From the human T2T-CHM13v2.0 reference genome, Homo sapiens: a stretch of 64,000 bases of DNA. Below the pieces are notes generated by a model, which saw nothing but the letters and a program-made list of their open reading frames with translations, did no database searches and was not told the DNA's origin. Positions within the stretch are counted from its first letter, which is position 1, and each line of letters opens with the position of its first letter. The position numbers were made by a program, and so were the translations under genes. The DNA lies in assembly GCF_009914755.1 (NCBI RefSeq), contig NC_060927.1; one strand, written 5' to 3'. Positions 42,998 to 59,815 of this stretch are shown here, piece by piece.

Positions 42998-45348
42998 GTT
43001 AGTATAATTCATCTCGATGCTTTATGATGGAACAAAGTACAATATGTAGTCCTCCTTTTTGTGGGAGGGATGCTGTGAGGTTAAAAGGCAAAGGAATCTA
43101 AATCTGGTTGCCTTTTCCTACTGAAGCTATAGAAAGGAACAACTAAGAAGAAATAGAATGAATCATAGCATGTTGGAAAGGGGAAATAAAACTTTGTCGG
43201 GATGGTAAGCACAAATTGTTACGCCTTTGCTTTGAGCAATTACTTTGATCCTTGAAATAGGAATGCCCACTAGTTTGACAAAATTAATTATACTGTAAAA
43301 GAAAAAAACATAAAATTTGGAATATTTGACTGATTTCTGAAATTTAGAAGATAATACAACAAATCTTTAAAGCCAGCACTGCTTTATCTCAGCCAAAGGT
43401 ACACTTTATTTGGTAATCATATTTCTTTCCTATGTCGATGGCTGGGTATATTTTGAACACGTGCATATACACACAAAATTATTTAAATATAAAAATAAGG
43501 AATGTTTAATGCATGGAAGTGGGAGAAATGTGATTTGTCTGTTTGGTAAGATGATGTTAATGTATGGATTACTGTATGGGTTCTTGACATTGAGTGCCTG
43601 ATACACTATATAACCCTCTCTGGAATACAGAGCAAGACAGTCTGCATGTCCAGTTTACATGCCGTCTAGTTAGTGTTAATGGGAGAAGTGAGGAGATGGG
43701 TGTGGTTACAACTATATAAACTAATTTGTAAATACTGTGATCCAAGTATCTAACAAAGCCTGAGGGTGCCAGCAAAGGCCTGAAGGGAAGCTGGGTCTTG
43801 GTGACTTAGAGGAGTTACTTTGACAAAAAGAACTAGGCCTCCTAGGTTGAGGGAAGAAGGTGCACTGTTCATGAAGTTAGGGCAAAAGCCCACTACATGT
43901 TGCATGAGGAAAAAAAGTTGCATGGCTACAGATATTATCTGGAACTTGGTCCAGACTAATTTTTCAGATGGTTGGCTTGTCCATTTTTTTCTTGGATCAA
44001 CTCTTAAGCATTTCTCCTTTACAAAGGGCAGTTCTGAGCATTTTCTAAAACAAATTAAGTTTTGGCTAATAAAGATCACAAAGTCTGAGGTGATTCTGAG
44101 ATAATTTTAGGACAATTAAGCTGTTATAGAAATTGGTAAATGCTGTAATATGCAAACCGTTTATATTCGTGGGTTTTATTTCAAAAGTAGATTTTCAAAT
44201 GGGTATTTTCTGTCACAGAGATGAAGAACTGAATAATAAAGTATGTAATAAATTTATGAGGTTTTCAGTATACAAAGGTACTCAAATAGAGTATCCAAAT
44301 AACCAAACACTTATTGCATGTTTACTATATGCCAGACAATACTGACTTACATGATCCTCAGAACAAACCCGTTAAGAGTTTAAGTAATTTGCCCAAGTTC
44401 ACTCAGCTAATAAGTGGCAGAGCTGAGGCTTGTGCCTGGGTTGTCTGACTCAATAACTCCCACAGCTCATCCTTGTTCTGTACTGTCTCATATCTGGGAT
44501 GTGATTTAAAAAAAAAAAAGATTTCAAGAGGCTTTTTTTTTTTCTGTAGACTTTGTAGCAGTCTGGCTACTCATATCCTATAATGACTTATTTTTCTACT
44601 TAGTGTACTCAGAAAGTCATATACTATTATTTGACCCTGAGCAAAATGAGCAATGAACCTCAAATCCATTTAATTAGCTGTGCCTTCTGCTTCATTTACC
44701 CTATTGTGGGGTTTTTGTGGTAATTTAAGTTTTGCATAAACACACACTAAATTTGCCATAGGCAAAATAAAGGTTTCTCAGCTTAGGAAGTAGTCTGAGC
44801 ATGGAAGATGGTATGGGGAAATAAGAACAGAATGAAATATTTTGTGTTTTAACTGCTTGTTTGCAAGACATAATGTACTTGTAGAGTCTACTTCCAGGGA
44901 AAGTCAAGTGCTCTTTTTTTGGCCTATTTAGAAAGTAATTTATTCAATATTTTTAGTTTCCTGTAGTAGTGAGGAAGATTTAGTATTTAGTTTTGCTCTT
45001 TTTTAGTAACCTTTCTTGTCTAGTCATCCTCTGAGCAGCCCTTTAAAATTGGAGTTTACCCTGGTTCAATTCTTGCTCTATTTGTTGCCTCCATGTTCTC
45101 CTCAGGTAAGCCCATTCATGGCATGACTTTTATCAGTATGCTGTCATCTCAAGCTGTGAGGTTCTTCCTAAGATTTAGTCCCATACTTCTGTTTTTTAGC
45201 AACTTCAGTTACTTGGCAAACTCAAAAGTGTATTATTATTTTTCCCTTTCAAACTTATGTTGCCTTTGCTACCTGCATATTTTATCTCAATTAAGTGTAT
45301 CACCATCAGTCTGGTTTCCTCCTTTCTTCTCTATACCTTCACTACCTT

Positions 45349-45950
45349 TGTAGTAAAAAATGAACCTTATATAAAAATAGGTCTGGCAACTGCCCTCAGC
45401 TCCTGGGAGGCGATCTCTAAGCCCTTGGAATGTGCTTCCTGATAAGTGTGTCTTTGTTTACCTGGGTGTTGAGGTCACACCTGATAATCTAACGATGTGA
45501 TTTATGTTGAGGCCTGGGGACCACAGGTGTCAACTCAACATCCAGAAGGGCTTGTGACTAAAAGCTGTATGGACAGTCAATCATATATACGTGACCAAGC
45601 CCCAATAAAAAGTGGATACCAAGGCTTTGGTGAGTGTCCCTGGTTGGCAATACTCTTGTGCATACTGTCATACATTACTGCCAGCAAAAGTTGACCTCGT
45701 TGATGATTCCGTTGGAGAGGACAGCTGGAAGCTTCATGCTTTGAATTGTTGTGAATTCTGCACTATGAGTCTCTTCCTGTGATTGTTTTTAATCTGTATG
45801 CTTTCATTATAATAAACTGTGACTATAACTGTGATTATAACAGCTTTCAGTGAGTTCGGTTGTGTCCCAGTGAATAATCAAACCTGAGAGTCATCCTTGG
45901 AATCCCTGAACTTGTAATTGGTGTCAGAAGTGAGAGTTGTCTTTGAGACT
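45349..45950 (+). mobile_element. MER21-like LTR
   Basis: CTCTAAGCCCTTGGAATGT...CCCCAATAAAA...CCTGGTTGGCAATACTC...AATTGGTGTCAGAAGTGAG. Confidence 0.75.
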
Positions 45951-46218
45951 CAACTACCCTGCCCCCTTTTAATTTGGATCTTTTTAAAAAAATTCTCTAC
46001 TGCTGCCATTCACTTAGACCTTCCCAATCTCTTATCTGGCATATTGCAACAGCCATGTTTAGTACTTACCTGTTTGCTTATTTTAGCAACCACTTTTATG
46101 GCACTATGTACCAGTCAATGTTGTAATCACTTTATGAATAATAACAATCCTATGTACAACCCTCTGAAATAGTTATTTCCATTTATATATAGGAAAGCTG
46201 AGGCACACAGAGGTTAAG

Positions 46219-46280
46219 TAACTTGCCCAAGTATACACATCTCACACTTTAACTTGCCCAAGTATACACATCTAACACTT
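46219..46280. repeat. 31-bp tandem duplication within a MIR
   Basis: TAACTTGCCCAAGTATACACATCT(C/A)ACACTT x2. Confidence 0.9.
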
Positions 46281-47862
46281 TGAAGAGCCTTGAGAGTTTG
46301 TTGTACCCACTCTGTCATGCTGTTTCTCGGTGCTACCAAATTCCATTGTGTCACACCTTGAGTACAAACCTTTGCTCCCCAGAAGTCTGCAGTATTATGT
46401 TTGGACTAAAAATCTTATCTTTCTGGGCAGGCTCCTTCATGCCTTTGGGACTGGCTATGCTGTTCTTCTGCTAGGAATGCCTTTTTCCCTTCTCCCTCTG
46501 TGCAGTAGTGTGGGTTCAAATCCCACCTCTGCATCTTGTAGCATATGACCTAGGTGAGTTAATATCTCTGTGCTCCATTGTCCTCGTCTGTAAAATGGGG
46601 AAAAAATAGTATCTATTTCATATAATCATTTGGGAAGATAAAATGAATTTGTGTATATACAATGTGAATGGAATGTTGTTTGACGTATAGTAAGGACTTC
46701 ATATGCATTAGCATTATTTTTGTTACTATGATTAACCACTTCATCAAGCCTTCTGTATGTCCCTTGGCAAAATTAGTTTTGCCCTTCGTGTATCCATTGC
46801 ATTTTGTTGATAGAGCTATTGTGATTCTTTCAAGGTTTTATCGTCATAATTTACTAACTTGCTTATCTTTTTCCTGACAAGGGAGGGTTTTGAAGAACCA
46901 ATACCTTGAGACTTGGGCAAGTCTTCTGCTTATTCCCAGTTTTGTCAGTGTTTGTGTACTAGGCATTGTGCTAAGCACTGAGAATACAAAAATGGACTGT
47001 ATATATCCTGCCCTCAAATACATGTATGATTAATTGGATAATTAATGGATACTTAATAAATGTATGATTAATATAAGCATTAATTAGAAATATTTATTAA
47101 CTGTGGAAATTTTACATGTACTTTATAGAAAGCAAAACAAACAGACCATATAAGTCTGAACTGTCTGCAACATCTTTTTTTTTTTGGACACTCTCCTCAC
47201 TGACCGAGAGTTCACATACAGAGAGGAAAAAAAAATACACACACACACACACACACATACACACACACAACCTGATAATATTACCATAATCTGTGAAGGA
47301 TGTAGACTGAGGTGGTTAAGAAAGAGAGAAATGAACCAGTATCTAGATTTCTATATTGTCCTATATGTTGGCTTTACACACATTTTCAGCCTTAATCTGT
47401 GCAAATCTCTGTGAAGAAGTAACTTTTAGACACTTTAAAGTCAGAGGTTAGAACAATTGATAGGTATCTTGTAGTTGTGGCAAATTCAGTCCTGTGACTT
47501 AAAAGTCCACGCCTTTTCCTATACCATCTGTGCTGCTGTGAAGGGTCCAGAGTTGCATCCTTCCAAATGTATGCTCAGATCCCGTAGTATGAAGGACTCT
47601 TATGTTCAGGATTTTTAGCCTTTTGATGTTCCACCAGAAACGCAAAGGATTTCCTATCTGAGGTACAGTGAATAACAAATCTGGACATAAATTGCCCTTC
47701 TGTGAGATACAAGGAAGATCCATTGCCAAAATAGAATAGGAAGCCATCAGCTCTTCGTTAGCATCTCTGAGGAGTAAAAATAAAATGACTCAAAAACATA
47801 CTTTGGTGCATTTCCATAAATTGATTTGTTTTTCATTTCTAACTTTTAAAAGAGTTGAATGA

Positions 47863-47876
47863 GCACCCTCTAGTGG
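47863..47876 (-). promoter_or_regulatory. Candidate CTCF site
   Basis: Reverse complement CCACTAGAGGGTGC, one mismatch to CCACYAGRKGGCRS. Confidence 0.5.
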
Positions 47877-48442
47877 ATAATAATAGCACTAAATCAAGGA
47901 ATTTCTCTTTTTTAGCTATGGAAATTTAAATAGGTTCTGTAATCTACAGGGTTATATTAATTGTGTTTAACAATTTCTAGATTAAATGATATTTTTCATC
48001 TTCGTCACTAGGACGGAAGGTAGGGTGGAGAGTAGAGTAGTAGGAAAAAAGAATAAAGTCACAGAAAAGTTGAATGAAAATTATACTATCAAATAATAAA
48101 CATTATCCAAATGATACATTATACAGTTTTGCAAAATTTTAACTTAACTAGCTTTTAATTTTTTAATGCTTTAATTTTGTTAAAATAGTAAGTAGTTCAG
48201 AGAGCCTTGAATCAGAACTCCAATTTTATTCATTTACTCCAGGATTTAGGCCCCAGGCACTTAGCCAAGGAGAAAAATAAGTCAAGGCTCCCATATAAAT
48301 GAGTTAGGGAAATGGGTAAGCAGGCAGGGTGACACACAGTGTGATATATTAGTTTAGCTTCATTAACTGTTTCTCAAAATTCAGTTATTCTTGTGTACCA
48401 TCTGTCTAGTTTTACTTAATTTTTTTTTGGTCAGTTTTAATA

Positions 48443-48515
48443 TTTTTCTTTTGTTTCTTAGGAATTTTTCTTTTGTTTCTTAGGAATTTATTTTTCTTTT
48501 GTTTCTTAGGAATTT
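48443..48515. repeat. Three copies of TTTTTCTTTTGTTTCTTAGGAA
   Basis: Direct tandem repeats. Confidence 0.9.
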
Positions 48516-48555
48516 AAGCTTATTTTATATCATTATCAGTAAATAGATGTGCCTA

Positions 48556-48933
<378 letters not shown>

Positions 48934-51252
48934 TTAGCATGTTGGAGGGAGGAGCAACAATGAGTGAGAAATAGAAAGACTTTTCAAGGGGGTATGTAGG
49001 CTCAGGCAAGTGACCGCAGTCAGTTTTCACATCCTCAACTTTCATGTATTCTCTTTCAGAAAATTACTCTGCCCCTCTGTACATAAGGGGGCACATATTC
49101 TCCTTTCCCAACCTGCCTTTCTCCAATTTCCCTTCACCCTTTTCACAAAAAGAAAGGCACACTTGCACCATTCTGGCTTCTATGCTATGTTCCTCCAGGT
49201 ATTCAAAACCTCCATATGCCAGAAACTATTGGAGTGTCAGTGTGAGAAAGCAAATGACTAACAGATTCTCTGACAAGTCAGGTGGTTTCCAAGTTTTGCT
49301 TTCAACAAAAGTAAAGGAGCCTTGATTGAGATGTCAGCTATCAATTCATTTAAGACATTTTTGATGATAGGTTGCTAAGTGATTTGGGGATATAACTCCA
49401 AAAGAATTCAAAGTAAGAAACATTGCTATAACAAAATATATTTAATTCTCATCCACTTATTTAACTGAAGGTTTTTCTCAGCTTTTATAAAAAACACAAA
49501 ATAGGCATAAAAATGATGTTGAATCCTGACTGATTTTATTATAGTAAGAAGTAATATTCATTTATGGATATATGGAAACAAAAGCTCATTTCATTAAGTA
49601 TCCATTTCTTACCAATTTTTACTTTTATAAGTTGTTTTGATCGGTTTTGTACTAATAATATTATTGATCCCTGAATCCAGAAGTTACCATTTTAACACTT
49701 AGAGATTTAAGACCACAGGAAAAACAAATTTAGTACATACACATGTGTATATGTGGGGGCTAGAGAAGCATGATAGGGTGATAAAAAGATTTCAAGCATG
49801 AAAATATATTAAGATGAAGTTATATGAAGTAGAATGTAAATAAAAGAGGAAAACGAGCAGCATAAAATTTCCACCTGTTAAAGATGAGTCAGTCTATGAA
49901 TTTTTAAATGGATGATGATGGGTATCAAAATCATTATGATATTTAGTTTCCACTGGGCACATACTAAAGGCAGTATAATTTGTATTTTAAAATGTCAATT
50001 TTTACAGTATGCTGGAAATTGCATCCTTTAAACATATGGTGAGATTTTAATGTCAACTTAAAATGTGTTTTTTTTCAAAATGATATCAGTGGTGCACTAG
50101 CAAATTTGCAGGTCACTGACCTTGTATGTCTCCAGTTCTGCTGGCTACTGAGGTACTTGCACTTCTTCTCACCTGGAAGACCAGTAAATGGAGCCGCTTC
50201 AGACTAACTGTGAATCTTGGGAAAAGGCCTGGAGTGTGGCACCTGGCCGCTGTTTTCTAGAGTCATCTAACATACATTCCCTCTACTGCCTGCTAAGCTA
50301 CTTGCCCATCCATAAAAGCTTTGGATTCGGAAGCCACTTTCCCTCCAGCCCCAGGTTAGCAACCCACCCAGTGCAGGCACAGGAGGGGTTGTATGTGTGT
50401 GTGTTGTGGGGAGGAGAATGGAGGTCAGTGGCAGGTGTGTGCAAGGGGAACTGTAAGAATCATATTAATACACAGCTTTGCTTTCTCAGGGCTAGGAAGC
50501 ACCAGCCTGAGCAGCCTTAGCAGTCCCTTCAAGAGTTGGTCTGTTGCAGCTGCTTCTATAGGCAGGATGTGGCAAGCTGATTTCATTGTTAGACAGAAGA
50601 GGGTTTCAGGGAGGTCATGGCCACTTGCACTAAGTGAGGGTTGGGGTAAAATTCTCTTTCTTGCCCCCTTTTGTAGCTCTGTGCTGTAGTACCAGGGTCT
50701 CACACGTTGGGAATCACTTCTGTTAGACTTTAAAGTCAGTCTGATTTTGAATCAGATACTTCTGCGTACTAGCAATGTGACCTCAGGTAAGTTGCCAAAA
50801 TCTCTAAAAGCCTCAGTTAACCTCTAAAATAGGAGTAAGAGCTGCCTCTCTCAAGGTTGTTGTGATGGTTCTATGATATAAACATGCAAAATGAACATTG
50901 TACACATCCAGTCAGTAACATTTATTAATAATGATATCAGAGTATGGTGGAGGATGTGAACCGGGTGGTAAGTGGAAAGACTTCGTTGGAGAGATAAAAC
51001 TCCCTAAGTTGAGAACAGATAGGTGAGAGAGGAAAGGTTATTCAGGGAGGTTGGGGGCCGGGCATGTGGAGATCAGTAAATTTTAAAGAAACTTGTTAGA
51101 AGAAATCTGTATAGTTCAGTAGGGTTGGGTGTAGATCATGAAAGATCAAAAATTTCGTTTGTTCTATTTAGGCCTTATTTTGTCTAGTCACTAAAGAATG
51201 AGATAGAGTAATTTCTGAAGAGTTCTGCCTCAGTCTGCAATAAGTTCTTCTC

Positions 51253-53559
51253 TTTTTTTTTTATTATTATACTTTAAGTTCTGAGGTACATGTGCAGAAT
51301 GTGCAGTTTTCTTACATAGGTATACCCATGCCATGGTGGTTTGCTGCACCCATCAACCCATCACCTACATTAGGTATTTCTCCTAATGCTATCTGTCCCC
51401 CAGCCCCTCACCACCCGACAGGCCCTGATGTGTGATGTTCCCCTCCCTGTGTCCATGTGTTCTCATTGTTCACCTCCCACTGATGAGTGAGAACATGCAG
51501 TGTTTAATTTTCTGTTCTGTGATAGTTTGCTGAGAATGATGGTTTCCAGCTTCATCCATGTCCCCGCGAAGGACGTGAACTCATCCTTTTATATGGCTGC
51601 ATAGTATTTCATGGGGTATATGTGACACATTTTCTTTATCCAGTCTATCATTGATGGACATTTGGGTTTGTAACAAGTCTTTGCTCTTGTGAATAGTGCT
51701 GCAATAAACATATGTGTGCATGTGTCCTTATAGTAGAAGGATTTATAATCCTTTGGGTATATACCCAGTAATGGGATTGCTGGGTCAAATGGTATTTCTA
51801 GTTCTAGATCCTTGACCAATCGCCACACTGTCTTCCACAATGGTTGAACTAATTTACACTCCCACCAACAGTGTAAAAGTGTTCCTGTTTCTCCACATCC
51901 TCTCCAGCATCTGTTGTTTCCTGACTTTTTAATGATCATGATTCTAACTGGTGTGAGATGGTATTTCATTGTGGTTTTGATTTGTATTTCTCTAATGACC
52001 AGTGATGATGAGCATTTTTTCATATGTTTGTTGGCTGCATAAATGTCTTCTTTTGAGAAGTGTCTGTTCATATCCTTTGCTCACTTTTTGATGAGGTTGT
52101 TTTTTTCTCGTAAATTTGTTTAAATTCTTTGTAGATTCTGGATATTAGCCCTTTGTCAGTTGGATAGATTGCAAAAATTTTCTCCCATTCTGTAGGTTGC
52201 CTGTTCACTCTGATGGTAGTTTCTTTTACTGTGCAGAAGCTCTTTCGTTTAATTAGATCCCATTTGTCAATTTTGGCTTTTGCTGCCGTTGCTTTTGGTG
52301 TTTTAGACATGAAGTCTTTGCCCATGCCTATGTCCTGAATGGTATTGCCTAGGTTTTCTTCTAGGATTTTTATGGTTTTAGGTCTTATGTTTAAGTCTTT
52401 AATCCATCTTCAGCTAATTTTCATATAAGGTGTAAGGAAGGGGTCCAGTTTCAGTTTTCTGCATATGGCTAGCCAGTTTTCCCAGCACCATTTATTAAAT
52501 AGGGAATCCTTTCCCCATTTCTTGTTTTTGTCAGGTTTGCCAAAGATCAGATAGTTGTAGATGTGTGGTATTATTTCTGAGGGCTCTGTTCTGTTCCATT
52601 GGTTGTATATATCTGTTTTGGTACCAGTTCCATGCCGTTTTGGTTACTGTAGCCTTGTAGTATAGTTTGAAGTCAGGTAGCATGATGCCTCCAGCTTTGT
52701 TCTTTTTCCTTAGGATTGTCTTGGCTATGTGGGTTCTTTTTTGATTCCATATGAAGTTTAAAGTATTTTGTTTTTCCAATTCTGTGAAGAAAGTCAATGG
52801 TAGCTGGATGGGGATAGCATTGAATCTATAAGTTACTCTGGGCAGTATGGCCATTTTCACTGTATTGATTCTTCTTATCCATGAGCATGGAAGTATTTTC
52901 CATTTGTTTGTGTCCTCTCTTATTTCCTCGAGCAGTGGTTTGTAGTTCTCCTTGAAGAGGTCCTTCACATCCCTTGTAAGTTGTATTCCCAGGTATTTTA
53001 TTCTCTTAGTAGCAATTGTGGATGGGAGTTCACTCATGATTTGGCTGTCTGTTTGTCTGTTATTGGTATATAGGAATGCTTGTGATTTTTGCACATTGAT
53101 TTTGTTCCTTGAGATTTTGCTGAAGTTGCTTATTAGCTTAAGGAGATTTTGGGCTGAGACGATGGGGCTTTCTAAATATACAATCATGTCATCTGCAAAC
53201 AGAGACAATTTGACTTCCTCTCTTCCTATTTGAATACCCTTTATTTCCTTCTCGTGCCTGATTGCCCTGGCTAGAAATTCCAATACTGTGTTGAATAGGA
53301 GTAGTGAGAGAGGGCATTCTTGTCTTGTGCTGGTTTTCAGAAGGAATGCTTCCAGTTTTTGCCCATTCAGTATGCTATTGGCTGTGAGTTTGTCATAAAT
53401 AGCTCTTATTATTTTGAGATATGATCCATCGATACCTAGTTTATTGAGAGTTTTTAGCATAAAGGGGTGTTGAAATTTGTCAAGGTCTTTTCTGCATCTA
53501 TTGAGATAATCATGTGGTTTTTGTCATTGGGTCTGTTTATGTGATGGATTACTTTTATT
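51253..53559 (-). mobile_element. L1PA7-like element, 3' part (ORF2 RT/C-terminus, 3'UTR, poly-A)
   Basis: ORF fragments [26 protein letters not shown]; L1PA7/8-type 3'UTR; frameshifted. Confidence 0.93.
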
Positions 53560-55692
<2,133 letters not shown>

Positions 55693-58600
55693 ATTGATTT
55701 GCATATGTTGAACCAGTCTTGCATCCCAGGTATGAAGTTGACATCGTGGTGGATAAGCTTATTGATGTGCTACTGGATTTGGTTTGCCAGTATTTTTTTG
55801 AGGATTTTTGCATTGATGTTCATCAGGGATATTGGCCTGAAATTTAATTTTTTTTGTTGTGTCTCTGCCAGGTTTTTGTGTCAAGATTATGCTGGCCTCA
55901 TAAAATGAGTTAGGGAGGATTCCCTCTTTTTCTATTGTTTGGAATAGTTTCAGAAGGAATGGCACTAGCTCCTCTTTGTACGTTTGGTAGAATTCGGCTG
56001 TGAATTCATCTGGTCCTGGACTTTTTTTGGTTGGTAGGCTATTAATTACTGCCTCAATTTCAGAACTTGTTATTGGTCTATTCAGGGATTCGACTTCTTC
56101 CTGGTTTAGACTTGGGAGGTTGTATGTGTCCAGGAATTTATTCATTTCTTCTAGATTTTCTATTTCATTTGCATAGAGGTGTTTATAGTATTCTCTGATG
56201 GTAGTTTGTATTTCTGTGGGATCACTGGTGATATCCCCTATATTATTTTTTATTGCGTCTATTTGATTCTTCTCTCTTTTCTTCTTTATTAGTCTGGCTA
56301 GCAGTCTATCTATTTTGTTGATCTTTTCAAAAAACCAGCTCCTGGATTCATTGATTTTTTTGAAGGGATTTTCATGTCTCTATCACCTTCAGTTCTGCTC
56401 TGATCTTAGTTATTTCTTGTCTTCTGCTAGCTTTTGAATTTGTTTGCTGTTGCTTCTCTAGTTCTTTTAATTTTGATGTTAGGTTGTCAATTTTAGATCT
56501 TTCCTGCTTTCTCTTGTGAGCATTTAGTGCTGTAAATCTCCCTTTACACACTGCTTTAAATGGGTCCCAGAGATTCTGGTATGTTGTGTCTTTGTTCTCA
56601 TTGGTTTCAAAGAACATCTTTATTTCTGCCTGCATTTCATTATTTACCCAGTAGTCATTCAGGAGCAGGTTGTTCAGTTTCTGTGTAGTTGTGCGGTTTT
56701 GAGTGAGTTTCTTAATCCTGAGTTCTAATTTGATTTCACTGTGTTCTGAGAGACTGTTTGTTATGATTTCCATTCTTTTACATTTGCTGAGGAGTTTACT
56801 TCCAATTATGTGGTCAGTTTTAGAATAAGTGTGATGAGATGCTGAGAATAATGTATATTCTGTTGATTTTGGGTGGAGAGTTCTGTAGATGTCTATTAGG
56901 TCTGCTTGGTCCAGAGCTGAGTTCAAGTCCTGAATATCCTTGTTAATTTTCTGTCTCATTGATCTGTCTAATATTGACAGCGGGGTGTTAAAGTCTCCCA
57001 CTATTATTGTGTGGGAGTCTAAGTCTCTTTGTAGGTCTCTAAGAACTTGCTTCATGAATCTGGATGCTCCTGTGTTGGGTGCATATATATTTAGGATAGT
57101 TAGCTCTTCTTGTTGCATTGATCCCTTTACCATTATGTAGTGCCCTTGTCTATTTTGATCTTTGTTGGTTTAAAGTCTGTTTTATCAGAGATTAGGATTG
57201 GAACTCCTGCTTATTTTTGCTTTCCATTTGCTTGGCAAATATTCCTCCATCCCTTTATTTTGAACCTATGTGTGTCTCTGCATGCGAGATGGGTCTCCTG
57301 AATACAGCACACTGCTGGGTCTTGACTCTTTATCCAATTTGCCAGTCTGTGTCTTTTAATTGGTGCATTTAGCCTGTTTAAAGGTAATATCGTTATGTGT
57401 GAATTTGATCCTGTCACTATGATGCTAGCTGTTTATTTTGTCCGTTAGTTGATGCAGTTTCTTCATAGTGTCGATGGTCTTTACAATTTGGTATGTTTTT
57501 GCAGTGGCTGGTACTGGTTGTTCCTCTCCATGTTTAGTGCTTCCTTCAGGAGCTCTTGTAAGGCAGGCCTGGTGGTAACAAAATCTCTCAGCATTTACTT
57601 GCCTGTAAAGGATTTTATTTCTCCTTCGCTTATGAAGCTTACTTTGGCTGGATATGAAGCTCTGGGTTGAGAATTCTTTTCTTTAAGAATGTTGAATATT
57701 GGCCCCCACTCTCTTCTGGCTTGTACAATTTCTGCCGAGAGATCCACTGTTAGTCTGATGCGCTTCCCTTTGTGGGTGACCCAACCTTTCTCTCTGGCTG
57801 CCCTTAACATTTTTTCCTTCATTTCAACCTTGGTAATCTGACAATTATGTGCCTTGGGTTTGCTCTTCTCGAGGAGTATCTTTGTGGTGGTCTCTGTATT
57901 TCCTCAATTTGAATTTTGGCCTGCCTTGCTAGGTTGGGGAAGTTCTCCTGGATGATAGCTTGAAGACTGTTTTCCAACTTGTTTCATTCTCCCTGTCACT
58001 TTCAGGTACACCAATCAAATGTAGATTTGGTCTTTTCACATAGTCCCATATTTCTTGGAGGCTTCGTTCATTCCTTTTTACTCTTTTTTCTCTAAACTTG
58101 TCTTCTCACTTTATTTCATTAAATTGATCTTCAGTCTCTCATATCTTTTCTTCTGCTTGATCGATTCAGCTATTGATACTTGTGTATGCTTCACGAAGTT
58201 CTCGTGCTGTGTTTTTCAGCTCCATCAGGTCATTTATGTTCTTCTCTAAACTGGTTATTCTAGTTAGCAATTTGTCTAAACTTTTTTCAAGGTTCTTAGC
58301 TTCCTTGCATTGGGTTAGAATATGCTCCTTTAGCTTGGAAGAGTTTGTTATAACCCACCTTCTGAAGCCTACTTCTGTCAGTTTGTCAAACTCATTCTCC
58401 ATCCAGTTTTGTTCCCTTGCCGGCGAGGAGTTGTGATCCTTTGGAGGAGAAGAGGCATTCTGGTTTTTGGAATTTTCAGCCTTTTTGCACTGGTTTCTCC
58501 CCATCTTTGTGGATATATCCCCTTTGGTCTTTGATGTTGGTGACCTTTGGCTGGTGGGGTCTTTGAGTGGATGTGCTATTCCTTTCTGTTTGTTAGTTTT

Positions 58601-59815
58601 CCTTCTAACAGTTGGGCCCCTCTGCTGCAGGTCTGCTGGAGTTTGCTGGAGGTCCACTCCAGACCTTGTTTGCCTGGGTATCACCAGCGGAGGCTGCAGA
58701 ACAGCAAAGATTGTTGCGTGTTCTGTCCTGTTTTGTCCCAGAGGGGCACTTGCCAGATGTCAGCCAGAGCTCTCCTGTATGAGGTGTCTGTCAGCCCCTA
58801 CTGGGAGGTGTGTCCCAGTCAGGATACACAGCGGTCAGATACCCACTTGAGGAGGCAGTCTGACCCTTAGCAGAGCTCAGACACTGTGCTGGGAGGTCCG
58901 CTGCTCTCTTCAGAGCCATCAGGCAGGGACGTTTAAGTCGGCTGAAGCTGTGCCCACAGCCGCCCCTTTCCCCAGGTGCTCTGTCCCAGGGAGAGGGGGT
59001 TTTATCTATAAGTCCCTTACTGAAGCTGCTGCCTTTTTTTCAGAGATGCCCTGCCCAGAGAGGAAAAATCTGACAGTCTGGCCACAGCAGCCTTGGTGAG
59101 CTGCAGTGGGCTCCGCCCAGTTCAAACTTCCTGATGGCTTTGTTTACACTGTGAGGGTAAAACCACCTACTCAAGCCTCAGTAATGGCGGACGCCCCTCC
59201 CTCCACCAAGCTCCAGCATCCCAGGTTGATCTGAGACTGCTGCTGTGCTGGCAGTGAGAATTTCAAGCCAGTGGATCTTAGTTTGCTGGGCTCCATGGGG
59301 GTGGGACCTGCTGAGCAAGACCACTTGGCTTCCTGGCTTCAGCACCCCTTTCCAGGGGAGTGAACTGTTCTGTCTCGCTGGTGCTTCAGGCGCCACTGGG
59401 GTATGGAAAAGAAAACTCCTGCAGCTAGTTCGGTGTCTGCCTAAAGAGCCACCCAATTTTGTGCTTGAAACCCAGGGCCCTGGTGGGGTAGGCACCGAAG
59501 GGAATCTCCTGGCCTGCAGGTTGCATAGACCATGGGGAAAGCGTGGTATCTGGGCTGGAGTGCATGGTTCCTTAGGCTCAGTCCCTCATGGCTTCCCTTG
59601 GGTAGGGGAGAAAATTCCCCAACCCCTTGCACTTCCCTGATGAGGCGATGCCCCACCCTGCTTCAGCTCGCCCTCTGTGGGCTGCACCCACTGTCCAACC
59701 AGTCCCAATGAGATGAACCGGGTCCCTCAGTTGGAAATGCAGAAATCACCCACCTTCTGCGTTGATCTTGCTGGGAGCTGCAGACCGGAGCTGTTCCTAT
59801 TGGGCCATCTTGCCA
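55693..59815 (-). mobile_element. L1PA7-like element, 5' part (5'UTR, ORF1, ORF2 endonuclease)
   Basis: YY1 site CAAGATGGCC (59812-59803); ORF1 fragments; EN motifs [20 protein letters not shown]; with the 3' part ~6.4 kb, i.e. full length, disrupted. Confidence 0.93.
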
